Assembly (NCBI GenBank): GCA_965216755.1
Contig: CBDCGL010000011.1
Coordinates: forward strand, 1,216,001 to 1,280,000
Direction of reading: 5' to 3'
DNA length: 64,000 nt
Source: Alphaproteobacteria bacterium
Lineage (GTDB): Bacteria; Pseudomonadota; Alphaproteobacteria; UBA7887
Shown: positions 29,900 through 39,733 of the stretch, piece by piece
Layout of the letters: the number at the start of each line of letters is the position of its first letter
Numbering within the stretch: position 1 is the first letter of the stretch
Notes under the pieces: model-generated
Seen by the model: only the letters and a program-made list of their open reading frames with translations
What the model was told of the DNA's origin: nothing
Database searches by the model: none
Program-made: the position numbers and the translations under genes

Positions 29900-30964
29900 C
29901 TATGCCAAGCCGCGCGACACGACCAAATCCCACGCACATTCAGCATACGGTTTCGCTTTCAGACCGACCCTTCCTGCATCTTCGCTGCTGGCATTCCCTT
30001 GCACATACCGTGCATAGACGCCTTCGAGAATGGCTGCAATTCGGAACATTGAAAACACAATATAGAACGTCATGTCCATGACCGGTCGATTGGTCCGCCT
30101 GCAATAATCAGCAACATAACGATCTTGCTCGGGAATACCCATCGTCGCCAAATCCAGTCCTGCGATACCGTCGAAATCTTCCGGTTCCATATGATATGGC
30201 ATACAATTATATGCAAGATCGGCAAGCGGATGCCCAAGTGTGGAAAGCTCCCAATCGAATACGGCGATAACTCGCATTTCATTTGGCGCGAACATCATGT
30301 TACCAAGTCGATAATCGCCGTGCACGATCGTGGTTTCATCATCATCAGGAATGTGCGGCGGCAGCCATTCGATCAAGCGATCCATCGGCGCACTTTCGCT
30401 TTGCTTGGATGCCAAATACTGCTTGGTCCACCGGCCAACTTGCCGCGCGAAGTAATTACCCGGCCGGCCAAAATCCGCTAGACCGCAACCACGCCAATCG
30501 ACAAGATGCAGCCGCGCCAAAACGTCGTTCATGGCGTCATAGGCGGCGGTGCGCTCAGACCGCGACAGCCCGGGCAGGCCATTGTTGTGAAATACCCGCC
30601 CCTGCATCCGTTCCATGACATAAAACGGCGTACCAATGACCCCGGGATCGTCACAGAACAGCAACATGCGGGCAACGGGAACCCCGCTCTCACGAAGAGC
30701 GTGTTGCACGCGGTATTCTCTGTCGACGGCGTGCGCCGACGGCAACAACGCGCCCGGCGGCTTTTTACGCATGACAAATTCTTGGCCACCGGAATCGAGC
30801 TGAAAAGTGGGGTTCGACTGCCCTCCGCTCATCTGTCGTACGCGCAACGGCCCCCGAAAGTCGTCCAAACGGCTGGCCAAGTACTTTTCGAGCTGCGCCT
30901 CGTCAAAACGATGGGCGTCGCGAACGGGAATCAGTTCTTCAGAGTTGTCGGCGCGGTCGGCCAT
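29900..30964 (-). CDS. APH-like phosphotransferase (ACAD10/11 kinase-like)
   Basis: GGQSNPT, LPSAHAVDREY, VHGDYRLGN, FDWELSTLGHPLADL. Confidence 0.88.
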   Translation of the reverse strand: MADRADNSEELIPVRDAHRFDEAQLEKYLASRLDDFRGPLRVRQMSGGQSNPTFQLDSGGQEFVMRKKPPGALLPSAHAVDREYRVQHALRESGVPVARMLLFCDDPGVIGTPFYVMERMQGRVFHNNGLPGLSRSERTAAYDAMNDVLARLHLVDWRGCGLADFGRPGNYFARQVGRWTKQYLASKQSESAPMDRLIEWLPPHIPDDDETTIVHGDYRLGNMMFAPNEMRVIAVFDWELSTLGHPLADLAYNCMPYHMEPEDFDGIAGLDLATMGIPEQDRYVADYCRRTNRPVMDMTFYIVFSMFRIAAILEGVYARYVQGNASSEDAGRVGLKAKPYAECAWDLVVSRGLA

Positions 30965-31072
30965 AGCCCGTTTTATACAACCACGCCGCACCTAGGCAAT
31001 ACCATGAGATTGAAAGTGTCGAACGGCGTCCCGTAAACGACGCCCGGGGGCCGTTATCTGACCTCGGCATAC

Positions 31073-31795
31073 CTAATTCGGCCATTGTGGCGGCGGCGGC
31101 CAATCTCCCACGATGACAAGAAGCATGGCCAAGTAGCGTTTCTTATCGACTCGGCCATTAACCCACAGACCATTGTCGGCCAAGAAGGCGCGCATTGCCG
31201 CTTCGGTGCGGGGGCCAAAAACGCCATCGACGAAACCGGGTTCGTATCCCAGGACTTGCAAGGCGCGCTGACCTTTCTCGACATCCGCGTCGGACAGGTC
31301 CGCCCACGGCCTAGTTCTTTTCGCGCGTCTGACCACTGGTTCGTTGGGACGCGGCGCCACCGCCGCGGGCGGGCGCACGGACTGCGGTTGCAAGGCCGCG
31401 ACAACCGTGCTTTTCGGCGCCAAGGTAGGCTCGGGTTTTTTCGTCGCGGGCGCCAACGTGGCCAGTGGCCCCGGTGTATCTAAGCGGTAGGCGGCACCTT
31501 GGATTCCGTTTGCAACCGCGCGCCGGTACCAGTTGAGGGCGCGCCTGTGGTCGCGTTTCACACCACGCCCCGCATGATAAAGAACGGCAAGGCTGTATTG
31601 GGCTGCCGGGTGTCCTTCCTCGGCGGCAGCTGAAAATGCGGCAAACGCCTCTTGATAGTCACCTCGGCCATATGCCTTTAGGCCGATTTCAAAAGGATCC
31701 GCATGCGCCGGCGACAGTGCCATTGAACTGAAGGTCGCCGCAAAGATAATGATTCCGGCAACGGCATAGCGCCCAACTCTTGCGACGCCGATCAT
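31073..31795 (-). CDS. Secreted Sel1-repeat protein with C-terminal peptidoglycan-binding domain
   Basis: Signal-like N-terminus, AAQYSLAVLYHAGRGV (Sel1), Pro-rich linker, QRALQVLGYEPGFVDGVFGPRTEAAMRAF (PG_binding_1). Confidence 0.8.
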   Translation of the reverse strand: MIGVARVGRYAVAGIIIFAATFSSMALSPAHADPFEIGLKAYGRGDYQEAFAAFSAAAEEGHPAAQYSLAVLYHAGRGVKRDHRRALNWYRRAVANGIQGAAYRLDTPGPLATLAPATKKPEPTLAPKSTVVAALQPQSVRPPAAVAPRPNEPVVRRAKRTRPWADLSDADVEKGQRALQVLGYEPGFVDGVFGPRTEAAMRAFLADNGLWVNGRVDKKRYLAMLLVIVGDWPPPPQWPN

Positions 31796-32214
31796 GGCAA
31801 TTCTGGCGCACGGGCGGCTGACACGGCGGCGTGAAAGCATGCCAGGAATTGCTCCGCCGTCGCGGGAATTCGCACCAGCCCAGCAACACCATACTGGGCA
31901 AGCACGTCGTTGATGGCCGCGTCGGGAAATGCACCGACAAGAACAATCGGAAGTGCGCCAATTGTGGGAAGCGCGCGCAAGCATTTCAAAGCGTCGGCAA
32001 CATCTTGTCGATCGTTGCCAGGTGCCAAGACAAGACATGTGGGTTTGAATTTCTGCAGCACGGCAACAGCTTCTCGACCCTTGTCCGACCGCAGGTCAAC
32101 ACCGCACGCCAACAGGTAGGTGTGCCCGCACGCGCGCATGGCATTGCGTACAACCGGCTCAGCGTCGCGTTGTGCCAGGACACAAAAAGCTCTTTCGGGC
32201 GTGATTTCGCGCAT
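31792..32214 (-). CDS. Atypical receiver (CheY-like fold) protein
   Basis: GREAVAVLQKFKPTCLVL...LPIVLVG...GVAGLVRIP has receiver spacing but lacks the acceptor Asp and the conserved Lys. Confidence 0.5.
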   Translation of the reverse strand: MREITPERAFCVLAQRDAEPVVRNAMRACGHTYLLACGVDLRSDKGREAVAVLQKFKPTCLVLAPGNDRQDVADALKCLRALPTIGALPIVLVGAFPDAAINDVLAQYGVAGLVRIPATAEQFLACFHAAVSAARAPELP

Positions 32215-32404
32215 TGAACGATCCAACACATGTGTCGACCGTCGCAATTTTCCGCAAATACCCGAGAACACACATGATGCGAAGGCACTATCCGGTGGTT
32301 GGATGCGCACGCCATCACGCAAACAACTGATTCATCTTGCTTTTTTCGGGTAACGCGTCAAAATCACCAACGAATTCGGTATCTTTTCGCATTGGAGTTT
32401 TCCG

Positions 32405-32830
32405 ATGATCCGGGAGACCTTTGGGAGTTCGCAACCTCGGCGTCCCATGCACGCACCTAGCTGCATTAAATTTCTCCGACAGGGCCTGGCGCCGTTTGCG
32501 CTGTTGGCGGCCGCACAAGCGACCCCCGCGCTAGCGGACAATGTCAGCATCGACGTGGCCATCGTGCAGAGGGCGGTGAGTGGCGACGGCAATGTCGTAC
32601 GTGTGACCGAGGGGGATAGTGTGACCCTCCAATGGTCCACGGATGAGGCAACTGAGATTCACCTCCACGGCTACAACGTATCGGTCGCCTTGATACCTGG
32701 CGAGGTTGGGATCATGACCGTCGACGCGACCGCCACCGGGCGTTTTCCGGTCACATCCCACGGCTTTGAGGGCGCGCATGTCCACGGGGAAGAAGCGACC
32801 CTGCTCTATCTTGAGGTCTATCCGGACTGA
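32405..32830 (+). CDS. Secreted cupredoxin-like protein
   Basis: Signal peptide, VTEGDSVTL.W.TDEATEIHLHGY, TGRFPVTSHG..HVH..LYLEVYP; start approximate. Confidence 0.7.
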   Translation: MIRETFGSSQPRRPMHAPSCIKFLRQGLAPFALLAAAQATPALADNVSIDVAIVQRAVSGDGNVVRVTEGDSVTLQWSTDEATEIHLHGYNVSVALIPGEVGIMTVDATATGRFPVTSHGFEGAHVHGEEATLLYLEVYPD

Positions 32831-32876
32831 TCACCGCACGGCAGCCCGATTCACATGGCGCTGCCGAACGGGGCAA

Positions 32877-34355
32877 GTGATCATTGCTGCCGGCGGGCTG
32901 CTTATCGTCACCGCGGCGCCTCTTGAAGCACATGGGTTCGGCCAACGTTACGACCTGCCGCTGCCCTTGCCGCTCTATCTTTGGAGCGCCGGGTTAGCTG
33001 TCGCGCTTTCGTTCGCCATCGCTGCGGTTTTTTTGCGGCGTACTTCTGCGAACACCGCGCGGCCGTCGGCCATTTTGTTGTCGCAGAAGGCTGTCGAAAC
33101 CGGTGCCTGGCGAATTGTTCAAGAGCTTGTCGCAATCATCGGCGTGGCGATTTTTGTCTTGATCATCGCAGCCGGACTGACCGGCAATCAAAGCCCGCTG
33201 CGCAACATTGCACCGGCCACTGTTTGGATCGTTTGGTGGGTCGGGATGGCGTTTATCTGCGCCTTGCTTGGTAATATTTGGCCATTGCTCAACCCATTTG
33301 ACACATTGGCGCGTTGGTTTGGCCCGGCCCGGCAATCGCTTGAAAACGACAGATTCCCGGACTCCGCTAAAGCAGATGCGCTGGGTGCCTGGCCCGCAGT
33401 ATTTCTATTCGCGGTCTTTGCCTGGTTTGAACTTGTTGCGTCGAATAGCGAATCACCATTCGACTTGGCGTTGGCCGCACTCGCATATGGCGTCGTCACG
33501 TGGGCTGGAATGGCTATTGTGGGCCGACGCGCGTGGCTCGCCAGTGGCGAAGCATTCTCGGTGGTGTTCGCGATCTTTGGACGTTTTGCGCCCTTGTCCG
33601 GGCCCGGTTTGCAAATTCGGCCGTACGCCGCTGGGCTTGTGGTCGCCCGCCCGCTGCATCCGTCGCGCATGGTGTTCGTCCTATTGATGCTCGCGACGGT
33701 CAGCTACGACGGGATCATGGAGACGCCACTTTGGAACAACATTGAAGACAGTGTTTTTCGGATGCAAGGGCTGGCACCAGTCTTGTTCACGCTTAGGGAT
33801 TGGACCGGGGATGTGCCGGCCGTTATCCGCACGTTGGGACTGGTTGTCCTGCCGGCGCTATTCGTTCTTGTTTATTTGACGTTCATTTGGGCCATGCGCG
33901 CGCTCACACATGGCGTGGCACCGGTCAACGATGCGCGCGCGCCCGTGGCGGCCTGGCGTGCCTATACGGTCCGCGAACTCGGCGGCCTGTTCGTCTTGTC
34001 TTTGGTTCCCATCGCGATCGCCTACCACTTGGCCCACTACCTTTCTTATCTCTTGATCGCGGGCCAGATGATCATCCCACTTGCGTCGGATCCGTTTGGG
34101 GCAGGTTGGAACCTTTTCGGAACGGCGCGGTATCGCATCGATATCTCAGTCATCAACGCACGCGACGTTTGGTATACGGCGGTCGTCGCGATAGTCATTG
34201 GGCACATCATCGCCGTGTATCTGGCGCACGTTATCGCACTTAAGCTTTATCGCGACCGCTGGCTATCTCTGATTAGTCAGATACCCATCGTCATCTTGAT
34301 GATTGGCTATACAATGGTTAGCTTATGGATATTAGCGCAGCCGATTGTCGAATAA
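32877..34355 (+). CDS. Polytopic membrane protein of unknown function
   Basis: AHGFGQRYDLPLP, about 11-12 hydrophobic segments, LVPIAIAYHLAHY, SDPFG.GWNLFG, GHIIAV..AH; start approximate. Confidence 0.75.
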   Translation: MIIAAGGLLIVTAAPLEAHGFGQRYDLPLPLPLYLWSAGLAVALSFAIAAVFLRRTSANTARPSAILLSQKAVETGAWRIVQELVAIIGVAIFVLIIAAGLTGNQSPLRNIAPATVWIVWWVGMAFICALLGNIWPLLNPFDTLARWFGPARQSLENDRFPDSAKADALGAWPAVFLFAVFAWFELVASNSESPFDLALAALAYGVVTWAGMAIVGRRAWLASGEAFSVVFAIFGRFAPLSGPGLQIRPYAAGLVVARPLHPSRMVFVLLMLATVSYDGIMETPLWNNIEDSVFRMQGLAPVLFTLRDWTGDVPAVIRTLGLVVLPALFVLVYLTFIWAMRALTHGVAPVNDARAPVAAWRAYTVRELGGLFVLSLVPIAIAYHLAHYLSYLLIAGQMIIPLASDPFGAGWNLFGTARYRIDISVINARDVWYTAVVAIVIGHIIAVYLAHVIALKLYRDRWLSLISQIPIVILMIGYTMVSLWILAQPIVE

Positions 34356-34357
34356 TG

Positions 34358-35059
34358 TTAAATAAGGCCCATTGACTTGAAAGATGTGTGCCCCTCACGG
34401 CCCACAATCAAATGGTCGTGGAGGGTAATACCAAGTGCGTGGCCAGCTTCGACCAATTTCTTGGTCATGGCGATATCCGCCTCGGATGGCGTTGGATCCC
34501 CACTTGGATGATTGTGGACGACGATTACAGCACTGGCCCCAAGGTCCAGTGCGCGGCGGACGACCTCTCGTGGATAAACCGGCGTTTCATTCACGGTACC
34601 GGTCTGCTGTATTTCATCGGCGATCAGTTTGTTCTTTGTGTCCAGAAACAGAACGCGAAACTGCTCGGTTGTGCTGTACTGCATGGCGGCCTTACAGTAG
34701 CTCAGCAAGGCGTTCCATGAATTGACGATAGGCCGGTCGGAGATTTGATCGCGAAGCGCGCGCTGCATCGCCGCATCGACAACTTTGAGCGCTGTTATGA
34801 CTGTGTCACCGACTCCCGTGAATTCGCGGAGCAGAACCGGATCGGCGCCGATCACGCCGGCGAAATTGCCAAACCGTTCGATCAACTGCTTGGCCAAGGG
34901 TTTAACGTCGCGCCGCGGTACGGCGAGAAACAGCAAGAGTTCAAGGAGTTCGTAATCCGCCAAGGCGTCAGCGCCCGCATTCAAAAAACGCCTGCGCAGC
35001 CGTTCGCGGTGACCCACATGATGAGGGCCACCGGACGAACCTGACGCATCGCGTAGCAT
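34358..35059 (-). CDS. radC: RadC family JAB-domain protein
   Basis: [41 protein letters not shown]. Confidence 0.95.
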   Translation of the reverse strand: MLRDASGSSGGPHHVGHRERLRRRFLNAGADALADYELLELLLFLAVPRRDVKPLAKQLIERFGNFAGVIGADPVLLREFTGVGDTVITALKVVDAAMQRALRDQISDRPIVNSWNALLSYCKAAMQYSTTEQFRVLFLDTKNKLIADEIQQTGTVNETPVYPREVVRRALDLGASAVIVVHNHPSGDPTPSEADIAMTKKLVEAGHALGITLHDHLIVGREGHTSFKSMGLI

Positions 35060-35872
35060 CTATGCGGTCACATAAGGTGGCTGGGTCAGCCCGGCTGGCG
35101 AAAGTGTGAAAATCTCGTGGCCAGTTTCTGTGACGCCAACGGTGTGTTCAAACTGCGCTGATAAGGACCTGTCTTTGGTGACCGCCGTCCATCCGTCATT
35201 GAGCACTTTGACCTCCCACCGACCCAAATTGATCATGGGCTCGACGGTAAACAACATGCCCGGACGGAGCGCCAAGCCCTGGCCCGGTCTGCCGAAATGC
35301 ATGACGCTGGGCGTGTCATGAAATACGCGCCCGATACCATGGCCACAAAAATCGCGAACGACGGCACACCTTTGATTTTCTGCATAACTCTGTATGGCAT
35401 GGCCGATATCGCCCAAGGTAGCGCCCGGCCGGACAGCTTCGATTCCCCGCATCATGGCCTCATAAGTCACTTCGACCAGGCGCGCGGCCCGACGCGGAAC
35501 CTTGCCCAACTGGAACATCCGGCTGGTATCACCGTGCCAGCCGTCCAAGATGACCGTAACGTCGATATTGACGATGTCGCCCTCAAGCAGCTTCTTGTCG
35601 CCAGGAATGCCGTGGCAGACAACATGATTCACCGAAGTGCAAATCGACTTGGGAAAACCACGATAATTCAGCGGCGCCGGGATCGCACCGTGATCAACAA
35701 TAAGATCGTGGCACAGACGATCTAACGTGCCCGTCGTCACGCCAGGCACGACATGCGGGGTAACAAAGTCCAGTACTTCGGCCGCCAGGCGGCCAGCCCG
35801 GCGCATCGCCTCGAACGCATCGGTACCGTGAATTTTGACTTCGGGCTGCCGCGCGCGTTTTCCCTCATACAA
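35060..35872 (-). CDS. map: Methionine aminopeptidase type I
   Basis: CTSVNHVVCHGIP, DIVNIDV, HGDTSR, CGHGIG, EPMIN, SAQFEHT. Confidence 0.97.
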   Translation of the reverse strand: MYEGKRARQPEVKIHGTDAFEAMRRAGRLAAEVLDFVTPHVVPGVTTGTLDRLCHDLIVDHGAIPAPLNYRGFPKSICTSVNHVVCHGIPGDKKLLEGDIVNIDVTVILDGWHGDTSRMFQLGKVPRRAARLVEVTYEAMMRGIEAVRPGATLGDIGHAIQSYAENQRCAVVRDFCGHGIGRVFHDTPSVMHFGRPGQGLALRPGMLFTVEPMINLGRWEVKVLNDGWTAVTKDRSLSAQFEHTVGVTETGHEIFTLSPAGLTQPPYVTA

Positions 35873-35913
35873 ATTTCACACTCCCAATACCTCAATTGCC
35901 AACGTGACGCAGC

Positions 35914-36606
35914 CTACCGAATTGGCAATTGTCGATCCAAGACAATGGCTTCCGTACTTATGGCACAAGAATAGCACACGCTTTCTACCCCGCGCGCCTG
36001 CGCCTCAACAAAGGCGGCGTTGTAAGCGGGGTCGATATCGGCCGCCACACGGAAATCTGTGCAATCCGTACGCTGCACCAAATAAAACAGGACCGCCCGA
36101 TGCCCGGCTGCGACCACATCCATAAGTTCAGCCAAATGCTTGGCCCCGCGCGCGGTTACAGAATCAGGAAATTCGGCACCCGCATCGCGTTTCAAATGCA
36201 CATTCTTGATTTCCACATAGCAACAACCTTTGTCGCCTTCAAGAAGCAGATCGATCCGGGAATTCCGGCCATATTTGACCTCCCGCCGAAGCTTCGGATA
36301 CGCCGCCAGCTGGGTAACCCGCCCCGCCTCGATCGCCTCTGCGACGATGGTATTAGGATGGGTTGTGTTGATACCCACCAAGCCGTCGTCTACGTAGGCG
36401 AGCTCCCACGACCAGCGCAGTTTTCGAGCTGGATTGCGCGCGGGTGAGAGCCATACGCGTATACCGGGTTCATTGAGCCCCAACATACTACCCGGATTGG
36501 CACAATGCGCCGTCACCTCGCGCCCATCATCCAAACGCACGTCGGCAAGGAATCGCTTGTAGCGACGCACAAGGTAGCCGGCGACCAAAGGATCCAAAAA
36601 CTTCAT
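35914..36606 (-). CDS. sfsA: SfsA DNA/RNA nuclease family protein
   Basis: RRYKRFLADV, AHCANPGSM, SRIDLL, YVEIKNV, FPDSVTARGAKHL. Confidence 0.93.
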   Translation of the reverse strand: MKFLDPLVAGYLVRRYKRFLADVRLDDGREVTAHCANPGSMLGLNEPGIRVWLSPARNPARKLRWSWELAYVDDGLVGINTTHPNTIVAEAIEAGRVTQLAAYPKLRREVKYGRNSRIDLLLEGDKGCCYVEIKNVHLKRDAGAEFPDSVTARGAKHLAELMDVVAAGHRAVLFYLVQRTDCTDFRVAADIDPAYNAAFVEAQARGVESVCYSCAISTEAIVLDRQLPIR

Positions 36607-36754
36607 GGCGCGAACATAGTGAGGCGGCGGCCGGCGGTCCACCGCCTGAACTGCCGCCCCGGCGGGCGTCCGCAATCCGGTGCGGCTTGGGCGCCGCGAT
36701 CGACTCCGCTATGATCGGCGTCCCGTATGAATCGCCGAGAAAGAATTCTCCCTT

Positions 36755-37510
36755 ATGAAGAGTGGTGCGCGTCCGACCGCTTGCGTCTTGATCATTGGTA
36801 ACGAGATATTGTCCGGCCGAACCCAAGACGTGAACTTGAACTACCTCGCGACCCAACTCACGGACATGGGCGTGCGTCTGGCCGAAGCACGGGTCATTCC
36901 CGACGATCGGCACGTGATCATCGAGTCGGTCAATTCGTGTCGGGCGGCGTACGATTACGTGTTCACAACCGGCGGTATCGGACCGACTCACGATGATATT
37001 ACGTCCGAGTGCGTGGCCGCAGCGTTCCGCGTACCGCTGATCCAAAATCAAGACGCACGTGCCTTGTTGGAAACCCAATTCAAACGCATTGGGGCCGAAC
37101 TCAACGAGGCCCGGTTGCGCATGGCCAACACACCGAAAGGCGCGGTTTTGATCGACAATCCCGTCTCTGCGGCGCCCGGCTATCGTATGGGCAACGTGTT
37201 CGTGTTGGCGGGCGTGCCGAAGATCATGCAGGCGATGTTTGAAGGCTGCCGCCGCCATATCGCGGGCGGGCCGCCGATGCTATCGCGCACCGTCGTCGCC
37301 TACCTGCCGGAAGGCACGGTCGCGGCGCCGCTCGGCGCTTTGCAGGCCGAATATGACGATGTCGAGATGGGCAGCTATCCGTTTTATCGGGCCAAGCGAT
37401 TCGGCACCAGTTTGGTGCTGCGCAGCACCGATCGGACACGACTTGATCGCGCAGTCGATGCGCTTATCCGCCTTGTCGACGATCTTGGCGGGGATCCGGA
37501 AACGGAATAG
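36755..37510 (+). CDS. CinA-like molybdopterin-binding domain protein
   Basis: IIGNEILSGRTQDVN, TTGGIGPTHDDIT, LAGVP. Confidence 0.88.
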   Translation: MKSGARPTACVLIIGNEILSGRTQDVNLNYLATQLTDMGVRLAEARVIPDDRHVIIESVNSCRAAYDYVFTTGGIGPTHDDITSECVAAAFRVPLIQNQDARALLETQFKRIGAELNEARLRMANTPKGAVLIDNPVSAAPGYRMGNVFVLAGVPKIMQAMFEGCRRHIAGGPPMLSRTVVAYLPEGTVAAPLGALQAEYDDVEMGSYPFYRAKRFGTSLVLRSTDRTRLDRAVDALIRLVDDLGGDPETE

Positions 37511-37630
37511 CACGGGTGTTCCGACACGGCGCGCGACCCGGTCGCGTGCACTGACAGCACCCCTTTTGCCTTCATATACGTTGCTATATTGTCGCCGCCG
37601 ATGGCTCAGTGGCAGTCCCATTTGAGCATC

Positions 37631-37717
37631 GGCCGCGTGGTGGAATTGGTAGACACAGCAGACTTAAAATCTGCTTCCGTTCGCGGAGTGCCGGTTCGAG
37701 TCCGGCCGCGGCCACCA
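37631..37717 (+). tRNA. tRNA-Leu (anticodon TAA)
   Basis: Acceptor GGCCGCG/CGCGGCC, anticodon arm gcaga-ctTAAaa-tctgc, long variable arm, GGTTCGAGTCC, encoded CCA. Confidence 0.97.
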
Positions 37718-37869
37718 ATAAAATCAATGCGTTAAAGAACAGATTTCGTTGTGGCGATTTTGGGAGCGACAAGCCAGTAAGCACATAGTAAGCACGGACG
37801 CCGATTTCGCGTGGATTTCGCTCTGACACATTCATGCACTTGTAGACCCTTCACGAGCATCTGTTGCAT

Positions 37870-38214
37870 ATGCCAGACACACTCGCACGTAGAGGCGTGG
37901 GCAGGGTCACCAACCTCCCCACCCTCGAGCAGGAACTCCACGAACGCCTGATCGAATATGAGGCCCTATCCGCGGCCTGGCCGCGTGGCCGGACTGCCAT
38001 GGAGCGCTATCGGATCGGGAAGCGCCACGAACAAACGTTGGCCCGGATCGCTGAGCTCGAGGCCGCTATCGCCAGCGCCAAGGCCGTGACACTCGAGGAT
38101 GCCGCCGTGCAGCTGCGACGGGTGCTCGCCAGGTTGCATGACGCGTCACTCAAGGCGTTGGTCCTATCGGCGTTGGGGGCTGTCGGTTCGTGTGAGTGTA
38201 GCGGCTGGGTCTAG
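37870..38214 (+). CDS. Hypothetical helical protein
   Basis: Open 114-aa frame with coiled-coil character (LARIAELEAAIASAKAVTLEDAAVQLRR). Confidence 0.5.
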   Translation: MPDTLARRGVGRVTNLPTLEQELHERLIEYEALSAAWPRGRTAMERYRIGKRHEQTLARIAELEAAIASAKAVTLEDAAVQLRRVLARLHDASLKALVLSALGAVGSCECSGWV

Positions 38215-38312
38215 CGGTCAGATCCCTGACGCTACGTAGGGCATTCCCGCAATTCGGTGCGTGGCCTCGATACTACTATTCGGTCTTCATGAAAATTGGC
38301 TATGTTACTCGT

Positions 38313-39104
38313 GTGACATCAATCGTCGGCATCCAATGTAAAGATGGCATCGTAATCGGTGCGGATAGCTCTGCTACGTTCGGTGGAAGCGGCGGACGGC
38401 TCCGCACGATTGAGCAGCTCACCGAGCGCAAGATCGAGATTATACAGGACCAAGTGATTGTGGCCGGGACCGGGGCGGTTGGGCACGGTCAACGGTTCAT
38501 CGGCGTCGTAAAAGAGCTTTTCACCAATAATCAGTTGGCGAACGCTTCGGCACTGAACATCGCAAAACTGCTTTCTGCGCAGGGAATTAGAGAGTTCGCC
38601 GAAACACATATTTTCGAGCTAGATTATGGTGCCCTAGTAGCATATGTGGCGAGCGGGAAGCCGATCCTATGCGAGCTACCAGGCGGGCCATTGTTGAACC
38701 AGTCGATGCCCACAGCATTTCAGCCGGAGCTTAAGGAGCCAAATGATCTTTGGTTTGTCTCAATGGGCAGCGGGCAATCGATCACCGACTCCTTTCTCGC
38801 CCTTTTCCGTCAGGTGTTTTGGCCCGATGAACCTCCAAATCTGCAAGGAGGAATATTCATGGCACTCTGGGCACTCAGCCACGCTTGCGAGGTTAACCCG
38901 GGCGGCATCAACCGACCGGAACGTATCGCTGTACTCGCGAAAGACGGTGATGAGTTTCGTGCAAAGCTGCTCGACGACGACGAACTTGCCGAACACCGCA
39001 ATCTCGTAAACGACGCCACGAAACACATGCGCGGATTTCGAGACGTCGTCGAAGGGCAGGCCGGAACGAGCGATGTGCCCATGCCCGGCAGGTTAAGCAC
39101 TTAG
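38313..39104 (+). CDS. Proteasome beta-subunit-like N-terminal-threonine (Ntn) protease
   Basis: GTG start gives (M)TSIVGIQCKDGIVIGADS with Thr1 and Asp17 in proteasome register; RK(39)I Lys33 equivalent; AGTG; SMGSG; PGGI. Confidence 0.8.
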   Translation: MTSIVGIQCKDGIVIGADSSATFGGSGGRLRTIEQLTERKIEIIQDQVIVAGTGAVGHGQRFIGVVKELFTNNQLANASALNIAKLLSAQGIREFAETHIFELDYGALVAYVASGKPILCELPGGPLLNQSMPTAFQPELKEPNDLWFVSMGSGQSITDSFLALFRQVFWPDEPPNLQGGIFMALWALSHACEVNPGGINRPERIAVLAKDGDEFRAKLLDDDELAEHRNLVNDATKHMRGFRDVVEGQAGTSDVPMPGRLST

Positions 39105-39550
39105 CTTTGGAATACGCTATTCACGCGCATCCGGGGATAGGCTTTGTAAATCGAACCTACGAGTTGCGAAAATGAAAGGCTTTTTATCCAGCCGATAACC
39201 GTTCTCATGTAGTCTTGAACACCAGAGGGTAGCAACCGGAGTTCGGCCTCACCAATCTGTTGTCCCTGCGGAGTAAGTGAGTACCGGCGGCGGCCAGCCA
39301 TTTGATCTGAGCGCTCAACGTTCACCAGCCCCTCGGTGTGTAGGCTTTCAAGTTCGCGGTAAATCGTCTTGTCAAATGGCCCATAGTGATAGGGGACAAA
39401 AGTGAATTTGCGCCCGCCGATCGCATCTGCCACGTTCTCGTCCAACAGGAAAAACAGTTTTTGAACCTGAACAGGCGCAAACGACAGACCCCGACCGGTG
39501 GCGAGCGCCGCAAGCATGAACCGCTTTCGCTCGGATAGCCCAGCCGACAT
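39101..39550 (-). CDS. SocA/Panacea (DUF4065/YwgA)-like winged-helix protein
   Basis: VQKLFFLL...F.FVPYHYGPFD..IY.ELE.L...GLV...YSLTPQG; RBS GAGGGAGG. Confidence 0.7.
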   Translation of the reverse strand: MSAGLSERKRFMLAALATGRGLSFAPVQVQKLFFLLDENVADAIGGRKFTFVPYHYGPFDKTIYRELESLHTEGLVNVERSDQMAGRRRYSLTPQGQQIGEAELRLLPSGVQDYMRTVIGWIKSLSFSQLVGSIYKAYPRMRVNSVFQS

Positions 39551-39733
39551 AGCCGCCTCCCTCAGATCATGGGCCAGTTTGATACGGCAATTACGAAGAC
39601 TCTGTAAAGGGACGAAACCGTAATAATATGGCCGCCTGGGTTATGGGTAATTGGCAGCCGAATGCGCCTACCAAATTGGCAGAAGTTAGATCGTAAGAGC
39701 GCTTGCCGGTACTCGTTTGGCGGGCTTCCAGAT

